64,000 bases of DNA, taken from NCBI GenBank assembly GCA_010909165.1, contig MU008173.1, forward strand, positions 620,001 to 684,000, read 5' to 3'. Source of the DNA: Anthoceros angustus. Lineage: Eukaryota; Plantae; Anthocerotophyta. Shown piece by piece: positions 47,290 through 62,199 of this stretch. Under the pieces are notes generated by a model. It was not told where the DNA came from. It saw only the letters and a program-made list of their open reading frames with translations, and did not search any database. How positions within the stretch are numbered: the first letter of the stretch is position 1; the number at the start of each line of letters is the position of its first letter. A program made the translations under genes and the position numbers.

Positions 47290-47949
47290 GGTTCATGGAC
47301 CGCTTTGGGAAGATGTCTGACAACAGACTATAGCAGGATGCCGAGGTGCTGTGCTGAAGGACAGGGGCACACGCTTAATTTGCTGAGCATCTAGCTCGGA
47401 TAAAGAAACACAAGAGTGTGCGTGACAGCCCGGTGCCACAGTGTGCCATGGAAGCCTGCTGTTACCGGGCAATAACACCCCTCGTAGCTATGGCAGGCAT
47501 GTCGTGACACCGTCGTGATATCAGGATGCTTAGTTTCGTTCGTTACTACAGTTAATCACATGCGAGATTATTAATGAGCTTTCACTGAATGCAGATGCTA
47601 CCCCGGGTCCCTACCCTGCAGCCCCATCGGGTTTGCCTCTTAGCGCCCTCCTTTCGAGCTAATGCAATTCAGGGTTGTCTTCATTAGAGCTTGGAACGCT
47701 GTTCCTCGGCGGAGCCCCCTTGCTCAATGGCTCAATGCCAGTCTCTCACACGGTAAGGGTTAAATTCACAACTGACCATGTGATGAAGACAATGAAAAAA
47801 CAGGGGTACTTCAGATAATGTGGGAAGTAAATACCTACGTGTTCTTTCACAATATAAAATTTTATGTTTTTTATAATACAGAATTTTATAAAATATTTTA
47901 TACCTATATGACTCTACATGGAATCATCTCTCAACAAGTTATCCTAAAC

Positions 47950-48590
47950 CGTCCAAGTTGGGCAGCAATTGAAACGGCAATTTCCAAGTATAGGGGAGTG
48001 CAGTACGGCCAACTCTTCATCCCACTTGCCTTGGGACATATGGGCCTTGGCTAAAGACTTGAATAACTATCAAGTCCTATGCTAGAAGAAGGACTCACGG
48101 AGCCATGGGCAAGGATTTCTCTAGGTTCGTCAAGGCCTGCGCCAAGGCTTATCATAGCCGCAAGAATGGGGTTGGCCTCCCCCTTTCTTGTATTGTTGCT
48201 TTCTTCCGGCAGAGGATTTCCATCGCTCTGCAGAGGTCGTTGGCCAATGCAGTGTACAGAACGACATATCATAGCCGCAAGAATGGGATTGGCCTCCCCC
48301 TTTCTTGTATTGTTGCTTTCTTCCGGCAGAGGATTTCCATCGCTCTGCAGAAGGTCGTTGGCCAATGCAGTGTACAAAACAATAGTGAGCGCGGGAGATG
48401 CAGCTTCTTCGACACCGGTGGTAAGTAGGCCTTTTCACATCCCTGACCACGAAGTTCTTCGGGCGGTTGGTAATTTTGAAATGCGTGATCGTGGGGGCTA
48501 GTCCCTCTGGCATGGTGACCTTCTAGAATTTTCCCCCCTTTGTTTTTGGGGTGGATGGGTTTTTCCCATCTCTTTTCTATAATAAAGTCT
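47950..48590 (+). mobile_element. 3' fragment of a CRE-like element (same family as 11960-14505)
   Basis: SKY...FIPLAL..THGAMGKDFSRFVKACAKAYHSRKNGVGLPLSCIVAFFRQRISIALQRSLANAVYRT aligns with 14070-14420. A 117-bp tandem duplication starts at 48151 and 48268, and a ~60-bp insert lies near 48025-48090. Confidence 0.85.
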
Positions 48591-48603
48591 TCTTTTCTCT
48601 GCT

Positions 48604-49570
48604 AGAAGAAGATATTAAAGTCCACTAAGGACGGAATTTCCGTCAAGGGATTGAAAAGACAAACATACTGAAAAGCTTTAAAGTTTAACCACTATTCTGA
48701 ATTTCCTAGGTATTAGTGGTGTGAAGTAAATTAAATATCTAGCAAGTTGAAATGTTGGATATATTTTACCCTATAATCCTACATTTCTTTCAAGCAAACA
48801 CCTATAAGAATAGGGTCAGGAAAAGAGAAGAAACTTTGGAGTGAAGATCGATCTGCTATGAATAACTTGGCAAAAGCATTCCTGATATCCTCGTAGACGG
48901 GGCAAACGAAAACAAAGTGTTCCTCTATCCCAACTTCCCTGTTGCATAGCTTGCATATTCTGGTCTCCTTAGGTGGATTGGGATGCAGCCATCTATCAGT
49001 CTCAATCCTGAGACGATGAGACCCCACACGAAAATGACCTATAATCAACCTAAGGTTGAAAGATACATGGTTGCGGAGATAGAGTGAAAGCAAGGGTCTC
49101 CCAGACTTGGAGTCCAAAGGATACAAAAAAATTGTTTGTAAGTGTGGAGTTTGGTGGGTAACTATCCAGAGACAGGAGACCAGGGGTAGAAGAAATAGGT
49201 GGATTGCAATTCATTGCGAATGGACCTATTGGAAGGAGGAGGCAAAAATTGGAAAAGGGGGTGGGCTGGGAGACTTTCGGGACAGAAGCCAAGCTGTTAG
49301 AGCCAAGCAAAAGACTGAGCATACCAGCAAGTCTTGCTACCTAAAGAGGCTAACTTTCAAGAGGACTGGAAGGTAAGGAGGAGGTACCGGGGAGTGGAGG
49401 TCCTTCCTGTTGAAGAACAACATCTTGGTCTTGTTCAAGTTTACCTCCAAGTCCCTGGCCTCGCAAAAATGGGATAAGACATCAAGTTGTCATTGAAGGC
49501 CCCTGGGAGAGTGAGACAAAAGCACAATGTCATCTGCATACAAGAGTATAGCGATATATTCCGTGAGAGC
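48604..49570 (-). mobile_element. LINE, 3' part (RT C-terminus, CCHC finger, 3' UTR and (TTC)n-like tail)
   Basis: LLYADDIVLLS...LEVNLNKTKM, then SHRLRIET.RW...RICKLC...EEHFVFVCPVY. Confidence 0.88.
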
Positions 49571-52500
49571 TATGTTTTTGTTGGTCACATTACCAGAGAG
49601 TTGGGACACCTTTCGTACAGCTCTGAGTAATTCTGCCCATGCTAGTGGTCTTACCATTGTAAATGTAGAAGGTAGCACATGGCGAGGAGGTGAGCAGGAA
49701 AAATATGGAACCTTCAAAAGGTTCCGGTGCCCTCATAGTGAGAGGGAGGTCCGCTGCGAAGGGAAGCAACGGACGAAGCTTTTCTCGTAGCAAATCGTAG
49801 TCGTAACAAGAATGTGGAGTGTCACTATTGTCACAAAGGGTCACTTCAAAGAGAGTGCGAGAAGTTCAAAAGGACCAAGGAAAGAGAAGAAGCGGACGAA
49901 GCGACTTAAATGCATCAGTTGGAAGAGTTAAACTCTGTTGAGGACGGAGATGTCCTTATCTCTTCTTACTTGAATCTTTTGATTGACCGTGGATAGTCAT
50001 TTATTACGCAATTGGATAATTGACTCGGTGCATCTTTCCATGTTACTCCTCATAGAGTGGTTTAGCACGTATGATGCTACAAGGAAAGGATGTGTTAGGC
50101 TTGGAAATAACTATGCATGCGGATCGCGGCGTTGGTGATGTGCAACTCAAGTTTGACAACGGATCTTCATTCATCTTTGAAGGGCGTTAGGCATGTTCGA
50201 AGTTGACAAAGAGCATGATTAGCGCAGACGGTTGGATGATCTTTGGTTACCACTGGTTTGGGGATCACTCTTGGAAGATCTCAAAGGTTCTCTTGTGTTA
50301 GCTCGTGGATCGAAGTGTGGCACTTTGTACTCACTTGAGTAAACATCAAAGATCATGTGATATGTGACAGAGCCAAATGTTTCCTTGTGGCATTGCGGTT
50401 AGGACATATGTCTCGAGAAGGGAATGAAGGTTTTATCGTTACGGTTATATCCTGTTCTTAACTTCTCGATCTCTCGATGTGTGAGCCTTTGTTTATATGG
50501 GAAGCAGACAAAATCATCACATCGAACAAGAGGTAAAGTAGGAGTAAACCTCTTGAGTTGGTTCACGATGATGTATGTGGACCTATGCCTCTGCATCATT
50601 AGGCGGTGCCTCTATTTTGTCACTTTCATAGATGATTTCTCATAAGGTGTGGGTTTATCCTTTGAGGAAAAGGATGAAGTTACGGCGGTGTTTGAAATTT
50701 GTCACCCTTGTAGAGAATCGATCACCGATTGAAGTGTCTAAGGACGGATAATGGTGGAAGTATGTTTCAGCTTTCGGTCGTGTGATTCCAAGGGAATCAA
50801 AGAAATTTCTGTATACTCCTCCACAAAATGGTGTGGTGGCGGATGAAACAGAACCATTCGGAGAGGATCGTGGTTTGTTGTCAAACTACGGATTGCCTAA
50901 TGGGTTTTGGCGAGCGGTGTCTCTGCAGTTCATCTTATTAACAGATCTCCTAATAAAATTTGTTGATGGCGAGTTCGGAGGAGCTATAGTGCGGAAAGAA
51001 ACCATCCTACAAGCATCTGCGAGTGTTTGGGGTGTGAGGCATCTTGCCATGTTCCAAAAGAGTTTGGGACAAGTTGGCACCTAAGTCCAAGAAATGTATT
51101 TTTCTTGGCTATGGTGATTACGGTGAGATGGGATACCGTTTGTGGGATCGAGGCTAGAAAGGTTGTTCGTACTAACGCGTGTTCTTCAATGAGAACAAGA
51201 TGCAAGCCTACTCCAAGTGGAGGTGCGAAGGGTGATCTTCAAGAAGATGGACATGATCATCATGGGCGGGTTGATAGCGTGGTAATGTCGGGCACATTCC
51301 TCCCGATAGATGAACCAAGAGTCGAACAAGCACCTATAGAGGTGCACATGCCGTGGGTCGAGGAGGATTACACGACCTCGGCGGTATGATCCATCTGGAT
51401 TATGTCATCTTGACAGTTGTGGGGAACCCTCTTCTTACTTGAATCTTGCTGATTATGGATAGTCATTTATTACGCAATTGGATAATTGACTCGGTGCATC
51501 TTTCCATGTTACTCCTCATAGAGAGTGGTTTATACGTATGATGCTACAAGGAAAGGATGTGTTAGGCTTGGAAATAACTATGCATGCGGATCGCGTGGTG
51601 ATGTGCAACTCAAGTTTGACAACGGATCTTCATTCATCTTTGAAGGTTAGGCATGTTCGAAGTTGAGCATGAAGCGCGAGCAGTTGGATGATCTTTGGTT
51701 ACCACTTCTGGTTTGGGGATCACTCTTGGAAGATCTCAAAGGTTCTCTTGTGTTAGCTCGTGGATCGAAGTGTGGCACTTTGTACTCACTTGAGTAAACA
51801 TCAAAGATCATGTGATATGTGTGAGCGACCAAATGTTTCCTTGTGGCATTGCGGTTAGGACATATGTCTCGAGAAGGGAATGAAGGTTTTATTTATCGGT
51901 TATATCCTGTTCTTAACTTCTCGATCTCTCGATGTGTGAGCATGTTTATATGGGAAGCAGACAAAATCATCACATCGAACAAGAGGTAAAAGTAGTAAAC
52001 CTCTTGAGTTGGTTCACGATGATGTATGTGGACCTATGCCTCTGCATCATTAGGCGGTGCCTCTATTTTGTCACTTTCATAGATGATTTCTCACGCAAGG
52101 TGTGGGTTTATCCTTTGAGGAAAAAGGATGAAGTTACGGTGTTTGAAATTTGTCACCCTTGTAGAGAATCGATCGGCCCTTAGTGTCTAAGGGGCGATAA
52201 TGGTGGAAGTATGTTTCAGCTTTCGGTCATTACGTGATTCCAAGGGAATCAAAGAAATTTGCGCCGTATACTCCTCCACAAAATGGTGTGGTGCGGATGA
52301 GCAGAACCATTCGGAGGATCGTGGTTGTTGTCAAACTACGGATTGCCTAATGGGTTTTGGCGAGCGGTCTCTGCATTCATCTTATTAACAGATCTCCTAA
52401 TAAAATTGATGGCGAGTTCGGAGGAGCTATAGTGCGAAAGAAACCATCCTACAAGCATCTGCGAGTGTTTGGTTTGAGGCATCTTGCCATGTTCCAAAAG

Positions 52501-53733
52501 AGTTTCGGGACAAGTTGGCACCTAAGTCCAAGAAATGTATTTTTCTTGGCTATGGTGATTACGGTGAGATGGGATACCGTTTGTGGGATCGAGAGCTAGA
52601 AAGGTTGTTCGTACTAACGCGTGTTCTTCAATGAGAACAAGATGCGAAGCCTACTCCAAGCTGTGGAGGTGCGAAGGGTGATCTTCAAGAAGATGGACAT
52701 GATCATCATGGGCGGGTTGATACTGGTAATGTGCGGGCACATTCCTCCACCGATAGATGAACCAAGAGTCGAACAAGCACCTATAGAGGTGCACATGCCG
52801 TGGGTCGAGGCGATTACCGACCTCGGCGGTATGATCCATCTGGATTATGTCATCTTGACAGTTGTGGGGAACCCTCTTCTTACAAAGAGGCCATGTCAAT
52901 GAGTAACAACAAGAGAAGTGGGAGAAGGCCATGCGATCGAAATGAATTATTGCATAAGAACCAAACTTGGGAGTTGGTTGGTTGCCTAGGATAAGAAACT
53001 CTGGTGCAAATGGGTGTACAAGATGAAGGTCATACCTTGATGGCAAACCAAAGTACAAGGCACGATTGGTTGCTAAGGGTTTCAAGCAACAACGTGCATT
53101 GACTTTGATGAGATTTTCTCACCGGTAGTCAAAATGACAACTGCGATGTGTTCTTGCTTTGGTTGCGAGAATGATATGGAACTTATGCGGATGGATGTCA
53201 AGGCGGCATTCTTGCATGGTGACCTTCAAGAGGGCGTCTACATGCGACAACGGAAGGTTTTGTTGAGAAGGGCAAAGAGCATCGGTGTGCGGGTTGAGGA
53301 AGAGCCTTTATGGTTTGAAGCAGGCACCAGTGGTATCACAAGTTCCACTCATTTATGCTTTCTCAAGGCTACAAGCGTGGCGATGAGGATCATTGCCTCT
53401 ATCTGAAGCAAGCTAAGGATCAAAGCTTGCTCATTTTGATCCTCTATGTGGATGATATGCTAATTCTTTGGAGCAGTCTTGATGAGATTTGTTGAAGTCA
53501 AAGTTGAATGCTCACTTTGAAATAGCGAGACTTGGGAGGCGAGCCATATACTTGGCATGCGTATTCGTCGGAGCAGACATAGCGTCCTTTATTTGTCTCG
53601 ACGGAATACATTAACAGTGCTTCAACGTTTCAACATGGAGAAGGGGAAACCATTGGGTACTCCATTGCCTCCATATGTGAAACTTTTAAGCGCGGATTGC
53701 CCAAGCTCTGAGGAGGACAAAGCTGAAATGGAG
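49563..53733 (+). mobile_element. LTR-less Ty1/copia internal fragment C (mid-gag to RT), with a 1.45-kb tandem duplication
   Basis: LLVTLPESWDTFRTALSNS (gag), GEPSSYKEAM, NQTWELV, KYKARLVAKGF, MDVKAAFLHGDL and LYVDDMLI. Heavily frameshifted; no LTRs at either end. Confidence 0.9.
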
Positions 53734-54400
53734 GTATGAATCCTGGCCTTCACCTTATTATAGAGAATAGAGATGGCATGTAAAAGATGAGCAGACATCC
53801 CCAACCTATGAAACTTGGCAAAGAGCTTCTAACGAGAGATAGAGTCGAATGCTCGATTGAAGTCAATAAAACATAAATACATATGTCTGTTCTTACTTCG
53901 CCTGCTCTTGGCCTCCTTAATAATAGCAATTCGACTGAAAAGATTATCATAAGTATTCCGCTCCGAACGAAACTCAGCTTGGCCTCTTGCCCTTATGCCA
54001 GCAATTTCAACCTAAGAAGTGGTGAGTATTTCCAAGTAGGAGCTAAAGAGTTTTGCAAAGATGGACTCAACCATGATATACCGATAGTTAAACGGGAGTT
54101 GCAGATTACCAGTCTTGAAGATGGAATGAATGTCATTCGTACACAGGCTTCACTACTTCCTTGAATAGTGGAGTATGATGAGACTTAGGTTGGACTGATG
54201 TTCACCTCCATCTTCTTGCAGGGCATACAATGGAGCGAGGCGAGGCTACCTTCCTCCTATTTCGCTTCGTAAGTACTTTGAGCAGCGGTGTCCATTGCCC
54301 TGGAGATAGCACTTATGTGGACTATGTGGCGTAGAGGAAAGACTTCTGGAAATGCATTCTCAAATAGTTGGTAGACCATTCATTCTCCCTAAGATGAATA
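53733..54400 (-). mobile_element. LINE RT N-terminal half (same orientation as, and probably the same copy as, 48604-49570)
   Basis: The minus strand reads IFKTGNLQLPFNYRYIMVESIFAKL...RARGQAEFR...DNLF...IIKEAK...MYLCFIDFNRAFDSISR...LYNKVKARIHT. Confidence 0.85.
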
Positions 54401-54519
54401 GTTCATTAATATCATGCCATTCAAGGTCATTCAATCCCCCGTGTGTAGATCACTTCAGATGACTTCAAATCCTTCATTACTCTAACCCTTGAGATCTCCT
54501 TTGATGTCCTTTACTAGAT

Positions 54520-54932
54520 GGGTTCACCCATCTCCTCTTTCCTTACTACAAACGTATCTATAAATCTATCTATGGCGTAAGGGCAGGATATCTTTCGGGA
54601 TGTGTGGAGTAGGCTCCTTTTTAGAGGTAAGTGTGTCCAAATGTGTGTCCAAATGGCTTAGGCCAAATGGACACACATTTATAAGAACGCCGTGATTAAG
54701 CATCCTGAGCTTAGATCGGTACTTAGATGGGGTGCCTAAAGGGAGTGGATGCCCTTGGTGCAAGTAGGGTACTTAGATGGGGTGCCTAAAGGGAGTGGAT
54801 GCCCTTGGTGCAAGTAGCTTAGGCACACCATGGTACAAGTTGTCAAGTACCAAGTCCCATGACGGAAATCCGTCCTTAGTGGACTCAAATAAAATCCGTC
54901 CTTAGTGGACTCAAATAAAATTCTTCTTCTTC
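54520..54932 (+). mobile_element. Short non-coding SINE-like/retroposed element ending in the LINE 3' tail; 5' limit approximate
   Basis: Ends in TGACGGAAATCCGTCCTTAGTGGACT plus (TTC)4, matching the LINE terminus at 48604-48645 on the minus strand. Internal 50-bp (54718-54817) and 26-bp (54866-54917) tandem duplications. Confidence 0.5.
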
Positions 54933-55103
54933 GTTAGGGTTGTGAATCCCTATGTAAGGGCGGTAAGTCGACTTGATGAGTCGTATGACACTTGCGTACA
55001 TAATGTGGTTGGCTTCCGGCTGGAGGGGTTTAGGTTTGAGGGTCTGTCTGTTACCCTGTCTCACCGCGTGTCCTCCCTCCTGCCTCACCGCGTGTTGTTA
55101 CGA

Positions 55104-55199
55104 ATTCTCGTAAGGTGAGCAGGCAAGAAGAAAGCTATATGATGTGGATCATCTTCTTCGATCACATAGCTTCTCCTTGCCTGCTCCACTTATGAGAAT
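55104..55199. ncRNA. Pre-miRNA-like fold-back (96 nt)
   Basis: Arms 55104-55143 and 55161-55199 pair at 35 of 40 positions (1 G-U, 4 mismatches, 1 bulge) around a 17-nt loop. No expression evidence. Confidence 0.4.
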
Positions 55200-55215
55200 C
55201 TATCTATTGTCTTGA

Positions 55216-55630
55216 GATTTCGAAGCCGTCATTGAGTGCAGGTATCTGGCGAACAAGCCAAAGGTTATCATGATGGATGCCTGTCGCGGCACGGGCAGCC
55301 TTGTCACAAGCAAGAAAGCCCAAGGACTCGGACGTTGAGAGGAGCCAAGTCATCAGCAAGGACAGGCTGTTCTCCATGACTGGTCGAGAGCAAGCGAAGT
55401 TCGACCCCTGCAATCTGTGGGCGACCGTCTCGTTTTTTCTTGACCAGTCATGGATAACATTCTTTCGGAGGTGCTGAGAGAGTCACAAAGTGTATCCCAA
55501 CTTTGATGGATGCCATCGTTTAGGGCTCCCAAATAGCTGACGTGTTGAGCATTTTAGGCAAGCGTCATTGCCATGGTCATGGAGATGGAGCTTAGGCCTT
55601 CTCAAGCGAAGCAGGAATGTGCTCTGAAAG
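55216..55630 (+). pseudogene. Caspase-like (C14 peptidase) relic: catalytic-Cys motif with a possible degenerate p10 region
   Basis: Open segment 55216-55338 reads DFEAVIECRYLANKPKVIMMDACRGTGS, with the Cys codon at 55282-55284. The downstream p10-like similarity is weak and frameshifted, and no catalytic-His motif was found. Confidence 0.5.
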
Positions 55631-55993
55631 GAAGTTCCTGTGTCCCCGGTTGCACATCCCATTTCTGTAGGGCTGTACAGGTCTTTACCATAGTTCACTT
55701 GTCCTGCCCGGAGTTCACTTGAGCTCGGTGTGGCCATGGCCTCTCAAGTTACTAACCTGTGAAGCCTTCGATCAACTGTGAGGTATCGTTCCCAGCGAGA
55801 CACCGTCGCTGCGGCAATTTGCTTCTGATACGGTCTTCTCATTTGTCCATCTCTGCTTTCTGAAATTCGGCTCGCATGCAATTGGCAGGACGCCCATCTC
55901 ACGGCCTCCTGGTGTGGATGAACAGATAATAGCCCGTGCAGGTTAGGGGCAGAGTTGTAGAGCAATAGCTGTAGCTTCAAATCGTTCCCCTAA

Positions 55994-56033
55994 GGGAGCC
56001 CTAATCTGGACTTAGGTCCAGATTAGGGTTCCC
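55994..56033. other. 18-bp stem, 4-nt loop inverted repeat
   Basis: GGGAGCCCTAATCTGGAC-TTAG-GTCCAGATTAGGGTTCCC (17 Watson-Crick pairs plus 1 G-T). Confidence 0.9.
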
Positions 56034-56405
56034 CTGGTAGAACGACTTCTAGACCTTTTGCCTACGACCTTTTGCCTACGATGTTCCATTCTCCCCATAC
56101 AGGATGCCAATCCCGTCAATCGCGCCTTCAACTCAATCGCGTCTGAGGCTACCTTTTCTCAATGACGTAGACAGAAGCGAAAAACAGCTCCTTGCAGTTC
56201 CAAACCGAAGTCCGATCTCCAAATCTTGAACTTATCTTTAGATGTTGCGATGTGAGTTAGATAGCGCTTCATGCATCACCGACAGCTCAAACAAGAACTG
56301 GCTTTTAAGTTAGAGGAGATCCCATGTCCCATAAGGAAAGGAAGCAGGCTTTGGGCAGGTGCACGAGACGAGAAGGAAACTTGAACCGTTAGCTTGAATC
56401 AAAGC

Positions 56406-57384
56406 CTACAAAATGACTTTCTGCTTCTTTTCTAGTAGAGGAGGCACTACATCAATGCCCATATTTGCTGCTGTTCCAGCGATAATTCTCATAGCAGATT
56501 CTATCGATGAACAGTTCAAGTCCGGGAGCTTCTCTTGAGCTATGGTTCTTACCTGCTCTATGGTAACCTTCCCTACCTTGACCTTTTGAGGACTATTGGA
56601 TCCCCTTTCAGCTCCTGCACATAATAAGTTACCGAACTAGTCAAGATGATGTCTGCTCCCAGGAACCTTCACTTCACCATTACACTCCAATACGTGAAAA
56701 GGATTGCAAAACCAACCTGCAGCCTTGAGCAGAAGAATCGAAGCGGGAGGTGTCTTGAGCACAAACGTGAAACTCTTATCCTGTGAGGGCCACAGCATCC
56801 ATTGAGACAGTCTGGCTTCCTGCTAGCACAACCAGTTATTCAACATCCACACTTACGTCAAAGACTGTGATCTCCACGGGAATAACGTAGCCAGGCTTGT
56901 CGGCAGTCTTGGCATTGTATTCCTTGCAAAATGCCATGATGTTGACACCCTTGGACCCCAGGGCTGGACCGACAGGCGGCGCGGGGGTGGCTTTCCCGGC
57001 TTCCAATGCCAGCTTCACGATGGCCACGACTGCAAATTCCATGGACCGACAGTGAGCAGGGGAGGTGGACACCTAACCGGCAGCAGCCTCATGAGCATTG
57101 CGCAAACTCGCACCCTTCTTAGGCTTCCCGGACGGCTTGGGCGGGGCCATGGCCACGACACGCAATGCCTGCCTGCCGGGCACCACCAGCGCGCGGGAGG
57201 AGGCCGCCAGCTGCGCCGTTTGCGTGCGCAGCGCGGCGCACGAGGAGAGCGCCGTCTGTCCATCCTTTCTCCGCAGGAACGCGGAGCTCAGCTCGCTGCC
57301 ATTGTTGCTGCTGCCGCTGTTGCTGCAGCTGGAGTCCCCGTTTCGCCAGACGAGCAGCGCGGGCGCGGCTGCCGCCATCGCCAT
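56406..57384 (-). CDS. RPL11: Plastid 50S ribosomal protein L11 (uL11c), 4 exons
   Basis: Transit peptide, then [48 protein letters not shown] and KLPDLNC...[13 protein letters not shown]. Stop at 56406-56408. Confidence 0.95.
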
Positions 57385-57671
57385 TCTCACCGCTACGTCT
57401 CCTTCGCTTGCGTTCGTGCTGGCAAGCTAACGTCGAGGGCAGCCGCAGCCCCAGAAACCGTTATCCGAGCCTTAACAGGTCCCTGTCGGCCTACACCTCT
57501 GCGTTATCGTATTACTCCCCTTCATGTTAAACATTTGTATATAATTAGGCCCTTTAGAAGATAAAATTATGGGTACAGAGGGCCCTAAGTGGCAGGGCTC
57601 CGGAAAACTGGCGCCGTTGGTTTATCCCTGTCGCCTTCACTGCTTGGACGCGAATTTGGTGGTAGCGTCGC

Positions 57672-62199
<4,528 letters not shown>

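Noticed and set aside
48080-48611. 12-bp direct repeat TGCTAGAAGAAG as a TSD around the CRE 3' fragment
   Set aside because: CRE homology continues 5' of the first copy, the repeat is low-complexity, and the second copy overlaps the LINE (TTC)n tail.
48617-54885. Inverted repeats at 48619-48645 and 54860-54885 as TIRs of a large DNA transposon
   Set aside because: Both are followed by (TTC)n-like tails, and one is the natural 3' end of the LINE; shared retroposon tails explain them better.
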